A stretch of 63,970 nt of DNA, filler included, from Callorhinchus milii (lineage: Eukaryota): the NCBI RefSeq assembly GCF_018977255.1. It is 4 parts of 4 records of this genome, joined end to end, with 100 filler letters (N's around TTAATTAATTAA, not from the genome) between each part and the next. Parts side by side here need not be neighbours in the genome. Positions count along the whole stretch, not along the records: positions 1 to 17,590 come from NW_024706006.1; 3 more parts are not named here. One strand, 5' to 3'. The position numbers and the translations under genes are program-made. Within the stretch, counting starts at the first letter, position 1, and each line of letters opens with the position of its first letter. This document shows positions 1-12,205 of this stretch, piece by piece. The notes beneath the pieces were generated by a model. That model was not told the DNA's origin. It searched no databases and saw only the letters and a list, made by a program, of their open reading frames with translations.

Positions 1-194
1 AGAAAACAGTGCTCACGATGAGAATGTGCAGAGTCAGTCAAGCCAAACTGATTACGAAATAAAGCAATTAATCTGATGCGAAATAAAGCAACAATAATAA
101 CAGAGGCTCTTTATAGATCTACACTACATCTACACTGCGTGCAGGCACTGAAGGTAACCATGGGGTTTGTTCTAAGCTGTTCACAAAGGTGTGA

Positions 195-1030
195 ACGCTG
201 AGCTTGTCACCATGGGATAGTGTTTAGCTGGTCAACATGGTGTTAGTGCTGAGCTGCTCACCATGGTGTTCGTGCTGAGTTGGTCACCATCGTGTTAGTG
301 CTGAGCTGCTCACCATGTTCTTAGTGCTGAGCTGGTCACCATGGTGCTCGTGCTGAGCTGGTCACCATGTTGTTAGTGCTGAGCTGCTCACCATGGTGTT
401 CGTGCTGAGTTGGTCACCATGGTGTTCGTGCTGAGCTGGTCACCATGTTGTCAATGATGAGCTGGTCACAATGGTGCTAGTGCTGAGCAGGCCACCATGG
501 TGTTAGTGCTGATCTGGTCACCAGAGTGTTTGTGCTGAGCTGGTCAGCATAGTTTTAGTGCTGATCTGTTCACCCTGGTGTTAGTACTGCGCTGCTCACC
601 ATGGTGTTAGTGCTGAGCTGGGCACCATGGTGTTAGTGATGAGCTGGTCACAATGGTGTTAGAGCTGAGCTGGTAACCACGGTCTTAGCGGTGAGCTGGT
701 CACCATGGTGTGAAAGCTGAGGTGATCAACATGGTGTTAGTGCTGAGCTGGTCACCACCGTGTTAGTGCTGAGCTTTCACCATGGAGTTATTGCTGAGCT
801 GCTCACCATGGCGTTATTGCTGATTTGGTCACCATGGTGCTCGTGCTGCGCTGGTCAGCATGGTGTTAGTGCTGAGCTGTTCACCATGGTGTTCGTGCTA
901 AGCTGGTCACCATGGTGGTCGTCGTGAGCTGATCAAGATGGTCGCAGTGCTGAGCTGTTCACCTTGGTGTTAGTGCTGAGCTGCTCAACACAGTGTTAGT
1001 TCTGAGCTGCCCACCATGGTGTTAGTGCAG
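195..1030. repeat. 26-bp minisatellite (ATGGTGTTAGTGCTGAGCTGGTCACC), about 32 diverged copies
   Basis: Unit visible directly and repeated head-to-tail. Confidence 0.9.
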
Positions 1031-1879
1031 GGGAAGGGATTGGGTTTGTTTGATGAAGGGGAGGCTCTTAGTGTAATTGAGGAGGGGGTGATAAGTGGGA
1101 GGGAATGAGTGTGGGTGATAAGGGGGAGGGGCTGTTTGTATGTGAGGATTGGTAGGCCTTTGTGTGAGTGAGGATGGGAGGAGCTGCGTGTGGATTTGTT
1201 TGTGGATGTGGAGGGGCGGGAAGGGACATGGCAACAAAAGTGTACAGGACTGCGGGGGTTCAACTGGGATAGTGTACACCAACAAATTACACTTATGTAG
1301 CGCCCTTCACGTCGGAAAGGCGTCCCAGTTGAACCACTGCAGGGCTTCTTATCCCAAGTGTCCTGTTTGCTGAAAACTGTCAATAATCACTCACTGAAAT
1401 GGGGAGGAATTTAAAAAGCCCCCAACTCCAGGCAGATTGAAGAGGCTTTGAGACCTGCAGTACAAGCGCATGTCCAGCAGTTGGCGGTGCCGCACTGTAA
1501 TTCCTTTAGTTTGTTCACATTGCAACACCCCCGTACATTGGCTGACCGCGGTATTACAGCTCCAAGAGTATTCAATTAAAATATTCTTACGTTTTCAACA
1601 AAAGAAGAAACAATCTGCATTTGTTTTGCCGCTTTGACTTCGCATCAAGACTCGGAGCCATAGCTCGAGATTGTTTTATAATAAAAGAATACATTCTCAT
1701 TCCCTTGTATCTGTTTACGTAAATGAATAATTCCCCACTTAATCCGATGTCATTGATTTTATTACTCATTTACCCGTTCTGGGTATCACCATCTAATTCT
1801 AGAGTGTGGTCAGAGAAGGAAATCAATTTCTTTCCTCCTCATCTCTCCGGGTAGATGTTGTTTATTTCAGTATCATAAT

Positions 1880-2270
1880 AGACGAATTAGAGGGGATCTT
1901 GTAGCAACCTGTAAGATCATCAAAGGGCTTGATCGTGTAGATAGTGGGAGATTGTTTCCACTGGTTGTAGAAACTAAAACCAGTGGTTACAACCGTAAAA
2001 TCAGAGGCCAGCACTTTCGCACTCAATTGAGGAAGAATGTCTTCACTCAAAGGGTGGTGAATGTATGGAGCTCACTGCCCCAAAGTGCTGTTGACGCTCA
2101 GTCCTTGAACATATTCAAGACTGAAATGGGTAGATTTCTTATTGCAAAACGGATTAAGGGATGTGGGGCAAGGTCAGGTTATTAGCTGGAGTTAGATTAG
2201 AAGATCAGCCCTTATTTAATGGCGGGACAGACTCGAAGGTCCGAATGGCCTACTCCTGCTCCTACGTTTT
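1880..2270 (+). mobile_element. CR1-type LINE 3' fragment
   Basis: ORF 1952-2185 (..FRTQLRKNVFTQRVVNVWSSLPQSAVDAQSLNIFK..) resembles the CR1 ORF2 C-terminus; it ends in the typical GAATGGCCTACTCCTGCTCCT tail. Confidence 0.8.
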
Positions 2271-2284
2271 ATGTTATGTTATGT

Positions 2285-2850
2285 AATGCTGTCTTCGAGT
2301 CTGCTGCAGATTTCGTCTTCTTTCCAGCTTTCTTGTTTTGGTAGGTTTTGGCTTGTTATACGGTATCGGTTTCTCTGTCATTTGGCACCGGAAGACTTGG
2401 CTTTGCTGATTCTGTTAGACACTGGTGGTTACCGGGGTGAATTTGGCTTTCTCACTGTACGTTTCACCGTGAGTAGATTTCTTGGTGACCCCTGTCTTCC
2501 CCAGCGTGGTCGGATTATTTGCCTGGTTGCACTTTAGTGTTTGCAGAAGTCGGTGGCGCTGATGCCCTTGGTCTGGTTCAGGAAACTTTTCTCCGTCAGT
2601 CCCTTCAAAGAACTCCTGACCTGGAATTTGTGAGTTACCGTCTTGTAGCCTTTGGCGTCCAGAGCCTTCTTGATGGCGACCGCGGACATGCCATTGCGCT
2701 GCTCAGCGCTCGACGCAATCTGATGGATCTCTTCCATCAGTTTGAAGCTGGATTCCAGCAACGGGTCAACTTGTTTCTTGGAGATTTTAGGTGAAGCGGC
2801 GGCGGCGGCTGCTGCAGGAGATTACGTGACTTTGGGTGGAACAGTTTCAG
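2285..2850 (-). pseudogene. Histone H1 pseudogene
   Basis: Translates TAETVPPKVT*SPAAAAAAASPK..QRNGMSAVAIKKALDAKGY..SLKGLTEKSFLNQTKGISAT, matching the H1 globular domain. No ATG at the expected start, an in-frame stop, and a frameshifted K/S/A-rich tail. Confidence 0.8.
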
Positions 2851-3644
2851 CGGTGAGAGGCTCAGTGTTTGGAGCTGCTCAGGATAGTGAAACTTGGCGG
2901 AGCTACAGAAACTTGCAGCCGTACTCTCTTCTCAGCTTCCTGGTTCCTCATCTCTGTGTTTCTCTCGCTTGTTGGACTGACCGTTTCTCAAAAATGCATT
3001 TGTTCTGTGCGAGAAGAATAGCATTTTACACAACTATATCCAGTAAAGTATACACCAGGCAGGTAATTTTCCGAAGAGTATTTCGCTCTGTGCGAAGCAT
3101 GTGCTGGTGTTTCCCAGAGTTTGTCACATTTTGGCTGCTCAGTGCGTAACACACTCAGGCAGAAGCTCCTTAAAGTGTCAGTTTATAGGGGAAAGGATTT
3201 CCTTGTTGTGCTAAAAGGTTGTTGATCATTAACTACACCGATATAGATATGCAGAAATGTGTTACATTGTGAATGAAGTTAAAAAGGAACATTCGCAAAC
3301 ATTTGTCAATCCCCATGAGCTGCAGTAAAAGGAATAAGAGTAAGAAGGATACTAGTGATCTGACACACACAGTATCAGTAGCAAACCAAAATTATACGAT
3401 TTGTATTCTCTCCACAGAGCCGAACAGATAGAGCATTTAAATCCATAGTCAGGTTACAGTGGCAGTGGATATAAGATCACAGTCTCAGACTCACACACGT
3501 ACACACACACGCAAACACACACACACACATACAAGATATACCTCACAAAGTAATACCAAATGCAGACATTAGGTGGCGATCACTCACACAGCGCAAACCT
3601 ATGTTTGTGACCCAAGTAGCTCAGTTCGAGGCAGAAAATGACAA

Positions 3645-3960
3645 CCTGGACTGCAATGATGACATCACTGGACTCTATTTGAGTTATCACTGGAATGTAA
3701 TGGTGACGTCATTGGACTGTAATGGTGACATGATCGGACTGTAATAGTGACATCATTAGACTGCAACTGAGACATCACTGCAACTTAGAATTGACCTGAA
3801 TGGACTGCAATGGTGACATGAATGGACATTAATGCTGGCATCACTGGACTTTAATGGCAACATGAATGGACTCTAATGGTGACATGACTGGACTGTAATG
3901 GTGACATGACTGGACTGTGATGTTACATGACTGGACTGTAATGGTGACATGACTGGGCTG
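3645..3960. repeat. About 22-bp minisatellite (TGGACTGTAATGGTGACATGAC)
   Basis: Tandem copies visible directly. Confidence 0.8.
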
Positions 3961-5579
3961 ATAAGGGGAGGGAACCGCAGCGCTTTAAACTGTCAGCTCC
4001 AGTCTGACGTCAATCACTGTGAGCAGCTTCAGTCCCTGAATCTTCAGGGCCACTCGTGGCTGATATTCAGGAACATGGGGTTCACGGCAGATGCGAGAGA
4101 GGCCATTCTGCACATGTGTGGACATGGTTGGTCGACATTGTAAAGAACTATCACATACCTGCACTCTATAGCATTTGTAATCGAGGTTGGGACAGAGAAG
4201 AAAACGTCAAGAAATAAACAGTTTTGCTCCAGTATATCGACATTTTATAGTGGTTCTTCATTAATTTGTTTGCATCATGCAATTTGTGGAACACAACAAT
4301 AAAACCCAGAATGCCTGGAAATAACTTATGTTGATAGACACTATAGCGACATAAAGTGTATGAAATTATGCGTGTGTTGCGATATGCGAGGGCTGTGGTG
4401 CTGCTCTCAAACTATTATGCTTCACCTGACACACACGTTTGTCAAGCTCCAATCCTCGCACTCTCTCTGTTCTGAACATAATACCAACTGTTCTTTTTTC
4501 TCTGTCCAGGCTAACCTTACTTTCAAATCTACCACAATCCGTCTACATTGTAACACTAACTCCTGCGGTCTATGATAGTTCTCGTTTCTATGTGGCGGAT
4601 CGTGGTACATTATTGGTGTCATGATGCACCAAATCGGGTTACGGGAGTCAAGGATTTGACTCAGAAATGGAGTCCTGTAGCTCATTGGTTAGAGCACTCG
4701 CTTCGTAAGCGAGAAACCTGAGTTCAATTCCAGGCAGGGCGAAACCTTGGGCAAGTTTCCTTACTCCACATGCACAAATTATGATTAGAAACATCGACTC
4801 GCCAAATAACAATAATGCAGATGGCCGTGGCATTTGACTACGGGTCTGTGACATCTACACGAATGTCGATGACGAAGCTGGAATAAGGCGAGTGACGATC
4901 GTGCCATTACTGGTTGATTCCAGCTCAGAAATCAATAGAAAAGCAGCTCCGCAACCCGGACACCAGCCAACCAAATCGCCTGCCAATTAAACAAGTAGAT
5001 GACCGGCTCACTTGCCCATTAACTGACCAGAAGAACTGGTCACTTACCCAGATGACCAGGTGACCCGCTGGCTAACCCACCAGCCAGATATCTAACAGAC
5101 GTGCCGCACTGCAGCTTTAACTGGAGGGTTGTTTTCTGGGTCACTCGGAGAGAGAAATTCGCTTTTCTTCTCCAATCTCGTCCTGGGCTCTTTAACTTCC
5201 ACCTGAACAGGAACACGGGAACTGCGTTTAACAAATCAACTGAACGACGGCGTGTTAGACCATGAAATACAACCAGCAGATTTCATTTGCTTCTGTGATG
5301 CGCTCGCGGTTTTTCCAAAAAATCGTTATAGAATTAGACGTAGAGAATGAAAAAATTGTTTATTTTTTTTCCTCTTTTTAACATTCAGTTGTACAGATTT
5401 TTTGATATGCCACTTTTTCCGGCGGTGCGGTTTATGGTGTGGGGGGGTGGGTGTTGTGTTGTGTATGAGGTGCTTGATGGAGTGAGAGAGTAATAGAAAT
5501 GAACACAATCAGATAAGGATGGTATCACTATTGCTGGTATGGAAGCAAGTGTGGTAATGGAGAGGGAAAGGCGACTGCT

Positions 5580-6300
5580 CCCGTATCCAACACACACAAA
5601 CACACACGTACACAGTCTCACACACTGACCCACACACGCACATATTGACGCATACATAATAAAACACACAAAAGCACAGACATCGACACACACACACAAA
5701 CACACACACACACACACTGAAACACAGAAACACACCGACTTGCAAACTTTCACTCAAGCAAACACACACACTGACTTCCTCCATGACAATCGCAAACTGA
5801 CCCACACACGCACACACACTCACACGCACACACACACTGATCTATACACACACTGATCAGCCACAAGCGCAAGCACAAATTTACATATACAGATTAAAAC
5901 ATACAAAAACGCACTCACAAACTGACACAGAAAGTGAAACACACAGCACAGAAACCGACACATGCACATAGACACTTACATAAACTGTTCTACACACTCT
6001 CGAACACACCAATCTACGCACAGTCACGCACAGATTCGCAAATACATCTTAAAACATATAACATCACAGACACAAACGCACATACACTGACCTACACATT
6101 CACTCACACACAGACACACATTGTAAGATACCTACTAAAACACACAAAAAACACATGAATACACATAAGCGTGCAAACTTACACACGTACATACACTGAC
6201 CTACATACACGCGCACACACACACACAGAACCATTGGCACATATATACTAAAACACACAAAAATACAGATACACTCACACAGTGCGAAACAGAAAGACAA
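5580..6300. repeat. CA-rich low-complexity tract
   Basis: Degenerate (CA)n; the VC-rich ORFs here are artefacts of it. Confidence 0.8.
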
Positions 6301-6579
6301 ATATGAAATTGTACTCAATCACAAAATACACATGAAGACAAAGATTGACACTCGCCAACTTGTTGTACTAACCGAATCACAACATCTCTCCAAACACTTT
6401 TACACCAGAGATTGGACGGACGGCGAAGAGGAAAATTTATTTTACTTCTACCCGTGACCTGTGAGTTTTGTTGCTCAGTTTGGAGGGAGCTTTCCTCTTC
6501 CTCTGACCCTAACCTGTCGACAGACACTTTCTAGATTTCTATACATCCAACAGGTTATCAAAGCCGCAAACAACTTTTG

Positions 6580-7666
6580 CTAATCTAATAATTTAATAAT
6601 TAGGAAGAATGGAAAAGTTACCAATTTGCTGAGCTCCTCCCTGAATTTCGTCTGCGTAACCACGTAAATGCATGTATTTGTGCAGGAACTCAAAAGCTGC
6701 AGCATGTAACCAGTGTGCAATGTGATAAACAATGGATTTGTGAAGGAATATATTTTAGAAATCCTCCAAAAAAAGAAATAAATAACATACGTCATCCATA
6801 ATAATATAAAAGTGGTGGAAACAGCAAAGAGTAAAACGATGGATTTTTTTCGGTTCTTCATCTCCGAATCACTGTCAGTCGCACGTCGTTTCTTGTCCCT
6901 ATTGCCGTGTCCCCGCAATCTTTTGCGGGCTCCACTGGCCACCAGTATGTGCCTGACAGTCAGGGCGTTGAGCAACAAAATCAAAACGAATGGGAGAATT
7001 GGTGTTGAAATATAGTTAATTGTGTCAAACGCTACCCATGTTGGAGAAATTAAATAGCTTGCTTTAGGTTCGCAACCCCACGGTATATCGTTAATTATGT
7101 ACATTGGTTCAACTATAAAACCCCAGGGAATGTTTATCACAACGCACAGCGCACTCAATACCGCTATAACTGTAGCAGAAGTTTTTTCTGAACAATATTT
7201 TGCTTTCAGATTTTGGCAACAAATGGCCACATATCGATCAAAGGTGAAAGCCACAGTTAACCAGACAGAGATTGACGATGTTGAGCCAGACAGGACCATA
7301 AGGAGCCCACAAACAGGTGTGATGGACAGGAATGAATTTGGGAAATGAGGAAGAATTACTCGATAGAAAACCACTGATGTGATAATCACGAACAGATCTG
7401 CTGTGGACATGGCCACCAGATAGTGACTGATACATTTGGAGAGTCCGCACCGCCCACGAGACAGGATTACAATCGACACCAGGTTTGCTGGAGAGAGAGA
7501 GACAGATAAATGCCCATCACCACAGTACAACAACTTGCATTTACTTAATAAGTCGCGACAATTAATTAAGTATCAAGAAATCGAAAGCAGTCGACACAGA
7601 CAGACAACCAGATACAGACATACACACACACAGAGACAAAGATCAGACACAGACGGACAGAGAGAG

Positions 7667-7698
<32 letters not shown>

Positions 7699-9267
7699 AA
7701 ATGACAGTACAGATTTCTCATCGCTGTAGGTATTATTTTTGACAATTTGGATATGTTTTGCTGCCTATCTCAAGTTGGAATTGCATATCAAATAAAGGTA
7801 GACACTTTTAAACATCGGATTTCTATATAATTCTTATAGGTTATGTTTCTGGAAGACAACCATAAAACTGTCCCTTATGTGGCTGTCATCCGGCCCTCAT
7901 TAATAGTAAAATTATTAATAATAATTAATAAAAATGCTTGCATTCGATACAACGCTTTAACGTTTCGTTGTTGAGTCTCAAAGCGGTTCACAAAATAACC
8001 TGAAAAATAAATTAACTGTATATTTTGTAGGCGAAATGGGGCAGCCAAACGCGCACAGTTTTACAATATAAAATTGTGGCTAAATTGCCAGAACACACCA
8101 CAGCTTGGACTATCATGGTTCGGACCCTCAGCTCAATGAATTGTTGTGGTCTTCAACCCGCAAACTTCTAACTAAGAGCGAAGAACACTAACAAATATGT
8201 GAAAAGTATGGATAATCATTGGCTAAACACATAGTTTAAAATAATAATACCAGTTGCGATTTTCCGATCATTTTCTCTCATTCCCTCTATGCAACATTTA
8301 ATAATAATAATAGGAATTTCCTTGCATTTGATATGACACTTTTCACTTCTAATGAACATATCAAAACGCTTCACATAGTATATCCATTTACCGAACTGTA
8401 AGCATTAACCCGGTGGTTAGTTAATTGGTAGAACGCTTTTTCGAGGACAATAATCATTAAAAAAAAATCTGGCCACACAATCCATGTTTGTTTGTGGTGG
8501 ACTGCAACGCGAAATTGGCTGCCGGGTTTAACCTGTCACTATAAAGACAATTTACTGTGCACTGTATCCTCAGCAGCGCTTTGCGGTGTATGGAATACCT
8601 ACAAAGTGCAATATCAAATGTGAGGAATATTATTATTTTCGTAAAATGAATTGACTGTACATTTGTGGACGAATCGAGGCAGCCAATTCCATACAAAAAT
8701 GTCTCACAGACACACTTGGATTGATGACTTATTTTTTGTACGGATTACTATCGTCATTTCGCAACATTTCGCACTCCCGGGAATTGAACCCAGGTCTCTC
8801 GCTTGCGATGTTATTGTTCTTACCACCGAGCGATAGGAATCCATTAATATATATATATATATTTGTTGGCAAACGCGGCAATTAAAAACAGACAAACAGA
8901 TATAAAGTAAATTATCAAGCATACCGCGAAGTGTTTTTTGCAATTAGGTGTTGCCTATCAACCCTCAAACAAATCCCCCTTTTTTTAAACTGTGCCACAG
9001 GATCTTTGATATCTGAAGGATCAAGTAGGACTTTACTTGTTAAATACGTATACACATCGCGGCTCCTACAGCAAGAATCAATGGGTCGGGGTCTGCAAAC
9101 CACATCTTTCTGATTCAGAGGAGGAATTGCTACCAGCTGAGTCAGGCTGCAAACTTTACTGCAAACTAGTAACTAAAGATTCAGTTAAACAACTTGCCAG
9201 GAACTCCAAAGGCAGCGAGAACCGGATAGTAAATGTTTTGTATCCTGTGTATTGGCGCAATTGTCAT
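6580..9267 (-). CDS. Class A GPCR, GPR139/GPR142-like family, two exons, 325 aa
   Basis: Exon 1 9267-9198 (MTIAPIHRIQNIYYPVLAAFGVP+G, donor GCAAGT). Exon 2 7487-6580 (acceptor CTCTCCAG). They splice in frame to VPANLVSIVILSRGRCGLSK. DRYVAIC, PF-LIL (TM5), TM6 FILLW and SCTNTCIY (TM7) motifs present. Confidence 0.9.
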
Positions 9268-10319
9268 CTCGACAGAGAACCGATGGTACCTCGTCTCCGT
9301 ATAGACAGGAGATTAGAATAACTATATGAGATTCAAGAGCAAAAAACACAGCCTGATTTATACCAACGTGAACGCTTGACTTAGAAGATTTATTACATGA
9401 TGTTGAACGAGATTCAGCCATGTGGCAAACATGTACTCTCCCTGAGCGGTGCAACTTACGTAAATTAGTTATTTTTAGCAACTTGTTATGGTATCCATGC
9501 GGAAACCTATCACACTGACATTTGTGTACATTATTGACCTGCATGTTATATTTTTTGATAATTCAAATGACAACGTTTTTATTTCTTATTAGTTGAAGAA
9601 TGTTCCAAGTCCGTGTGGATTAATTGCACTAAGTTGGTGGTGAGGGTGCGTGAGAGAGGGTATGCGAGTGTGTGCTTGAGACTTTTGTGTGTGAGCGTAT
9701 AAAAATATAATAATAATCCTTGCAGAGTATGTCTTGCGAAGTGTGTGAGCGACGGTGTGTGTGCCTGACACTGTGTGTGTGAAGTGTGTTTCGTAGTGTA
9801 GGGGAATGTGAGGGATTGCATGATGTTGTGGGAGAGAGAGAGGATTATGTTTTACAGTGTGTGTTAGTGTGTACGTGTGAGACTTTGTGTGCGAATGTTT
9901 GTGCATGAGTGTGCGTGTGCGAGGGTGTGTGTTTGAGGAGAGTGTGAGGCCTATGTGTGTACCTGAGGGTGTTTGTGTCTGATGTTGTGTGAATGTGAGT
10001 GAGGGTTTGAGTGTTTGAAGTGAGGGGCCACTGGGTTAAGGGGTGAGGTAAAGTGAGCCGGTGAATCTTTGAGGTAAATCTATACTACGTTCAATCAGCA
10101 AGAAAATAAAGAAGAACATTACGATTGTCAAAGACACCCGTTGGTTAAGGAAACACAACCATTGATGCAAAACCTTATCCTGGTCTGACAGAAGCAGGAA
10201 CTGTCGTCAGCTCAGTATTTTGTACGCCTCCCCGCCTTTGGAACATATGATACTGTCACCCTACCCGAGGGCCACGAGGAAACTGCGTGTTATTGTGCAC
10301 ATGATGGGGGCTGTACGCG

Positions 10320-11020
10320 AGGCTAAATTGCGATCTGTAGTCTGGGCTGTGCTGGGTGTCTCATGCTGGATGGAGCCTTTGAGCTGGGCTATGTTGGTGG
10401 CTGCGAGCTGGGCTATGCTCTGGGCTGTGTGATGTGAAATTATTTGTGTTGTGTGCTGGGATATGTTGCAGGCTGTGAGCTTGGCTGTGCTTGTTGTTGT
10501 TTCCTGAGCTATGCTACAGGCAGTGAGCTGGGCTATGCTAGGGGCTGTGTAATGTGAAATGAGTCTTGCTTTATGCTGGGTTTTGCTGCAGGCTGTGAGC
10601 TGGGCTATGCTGATGGCTGTGTCTTGAGCTATGCTGGAGGCTGTATGATGTGAAATGATTCTTGCTGTATGCTGGGTTTTGCTGCAGGCTGTGAGCTGGG
10701 CTATGCTAGTGGCTGAGTGATGTGAAATGAGTCTTGCTTTATGCTGGGTTTTGCTGCAGGCTGTGTGCTGGGCTATGCTACAGGCTGTGAGCTGGGCTGT
10801 GTTGGTGGCTGTGAGCTGGGCTACGCTGGGGACTGTGTGATGTTAAGTGATTCTTGCTGTATGCTGGATTTTTGCTGCAGCCTATGAGCTTGGCTATGCT
10901 GATGGCTGTGTCCTGGGCTACGCTGGAGGCTGTATGATGTGATATGATTGGTGTTGTATGGTGAACTATGCTGAGGGCTGTGTACTGGACTATGCTGCAG
11001 GCTGAGTGATGTGATATGAC
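10320..11020. repeat. Minisatellite of about 20-nt GCTGTGAGCTGGGCTATGCT subunits with a higher-order repeat of roughly 70-100 bp
   Basis: Subunits alternate with a TGATGTGAAATGAGTCTTGC block. Confidence 0.75.
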
Positions 11021-12057
11021 TTCTGGTGTGTGCTGACATATGATGGGCGGCTCAGTGTTTCCCTGGGTATGGGCCAGAGACGACCAGATATAATACCGTT
11101 TAAATTGACACAGTAAAGCAGTGATTGGTTTCTGCTGCATTGTTGGTGCTGGTGTTCACTTGGTTCAGATGAAAAATAGCGATTCAGTCTCCTTTTTCTG
11201 TTGACCATTAATGCTAACGTGAAATTGCTGGAAAGGGGAAGGGCGTTTCTACCAACAAAAATATCGAGATAGAATTGATAATTTGCTTAATGACTGCTTG
11301 AAGGACATTGATGCGTCTGCTGCAGTCGCCTCCAAAATCCATTGTCATTCCACCACATTAAATGCTTTGCATGAAAAGAAGGTTTATTATTATTATGATT
11401 AAGCACCCAGAGATATGCTTAGTAGTGGAATTCGAGATTATCTTATTGCATTATACTATAACAAGATAACGTAGCTTGAGTTTAGTTGGCTGCCTCAAAG
11501 CAACTAAACGTTAGCGAAGACATCGAGGAGAATCACAGGTTCTTGAAGGCCACTTGAGTCGGTGGGACATCCACCTCCACGCTGCTGTGATCTGGACTCT
11601 GAACGCAGGTATATCCGCAGATGCAGAATGATTCTGCTCCAGGCTGCAAAAATGTAAGACGTGAAATTCTAGCGACTTTACATAATATTTTTGAATGTCA
11701 GCAGGTTTGGGAATCACATCACAGGATAATAAGACAAACATTTTTATCCACTGTTCAATAAAGCATAAAGCAAGCGACAGAAGGCCTGTGATTTCCAAAG
11801 AGCCAACGTGGGGCAGATAGAGCAGTTGCGATATCAATCAAATGGTTGTCAGTCACTAAATGGAGAGTCGTGGTCGCCAAGACTACAGCAAATCGCAAAG
11901 ATGAGTAAGGCGAATCCTTGAGAGAAGCTGATATGAAAGAGACTTCACTGTGTTTCAAAGTAAACCTGTGAAGAAGTTTGAGACGTGTAAGAAGTTGGGT
12001 CAAGTAGAAACATTTTTACGTATTAATGTTACTTTTTATTCTTACTCTTATTATTTC

Positions 12058-12205
12058 GTCCGACAGTTTGAGATAATCAGACAGTTTGAGATAAACAGAC
12101 AGTTTAAGATGACCAGACAGTTTGAGATGACCAGACAGTTTGGGATGACCAGGCAGTCTGAGATGACCAGACAGTTTCAGCTGACCAAACAGCTGATCAC
12201 TGACT
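12058..12205. repeat. 18-bp tandem repeat (AGACAGTTTGAGATGACC), about 7-8 copies
   Basis: Gives RQFEMT repeats in ORF 11950-12207. Confidence 0.8.

Noticed and set aside
195-1030. Repeat array superficially like CRISPR
   Set aside because: No unique spacers, and the context is a vertebrate genome
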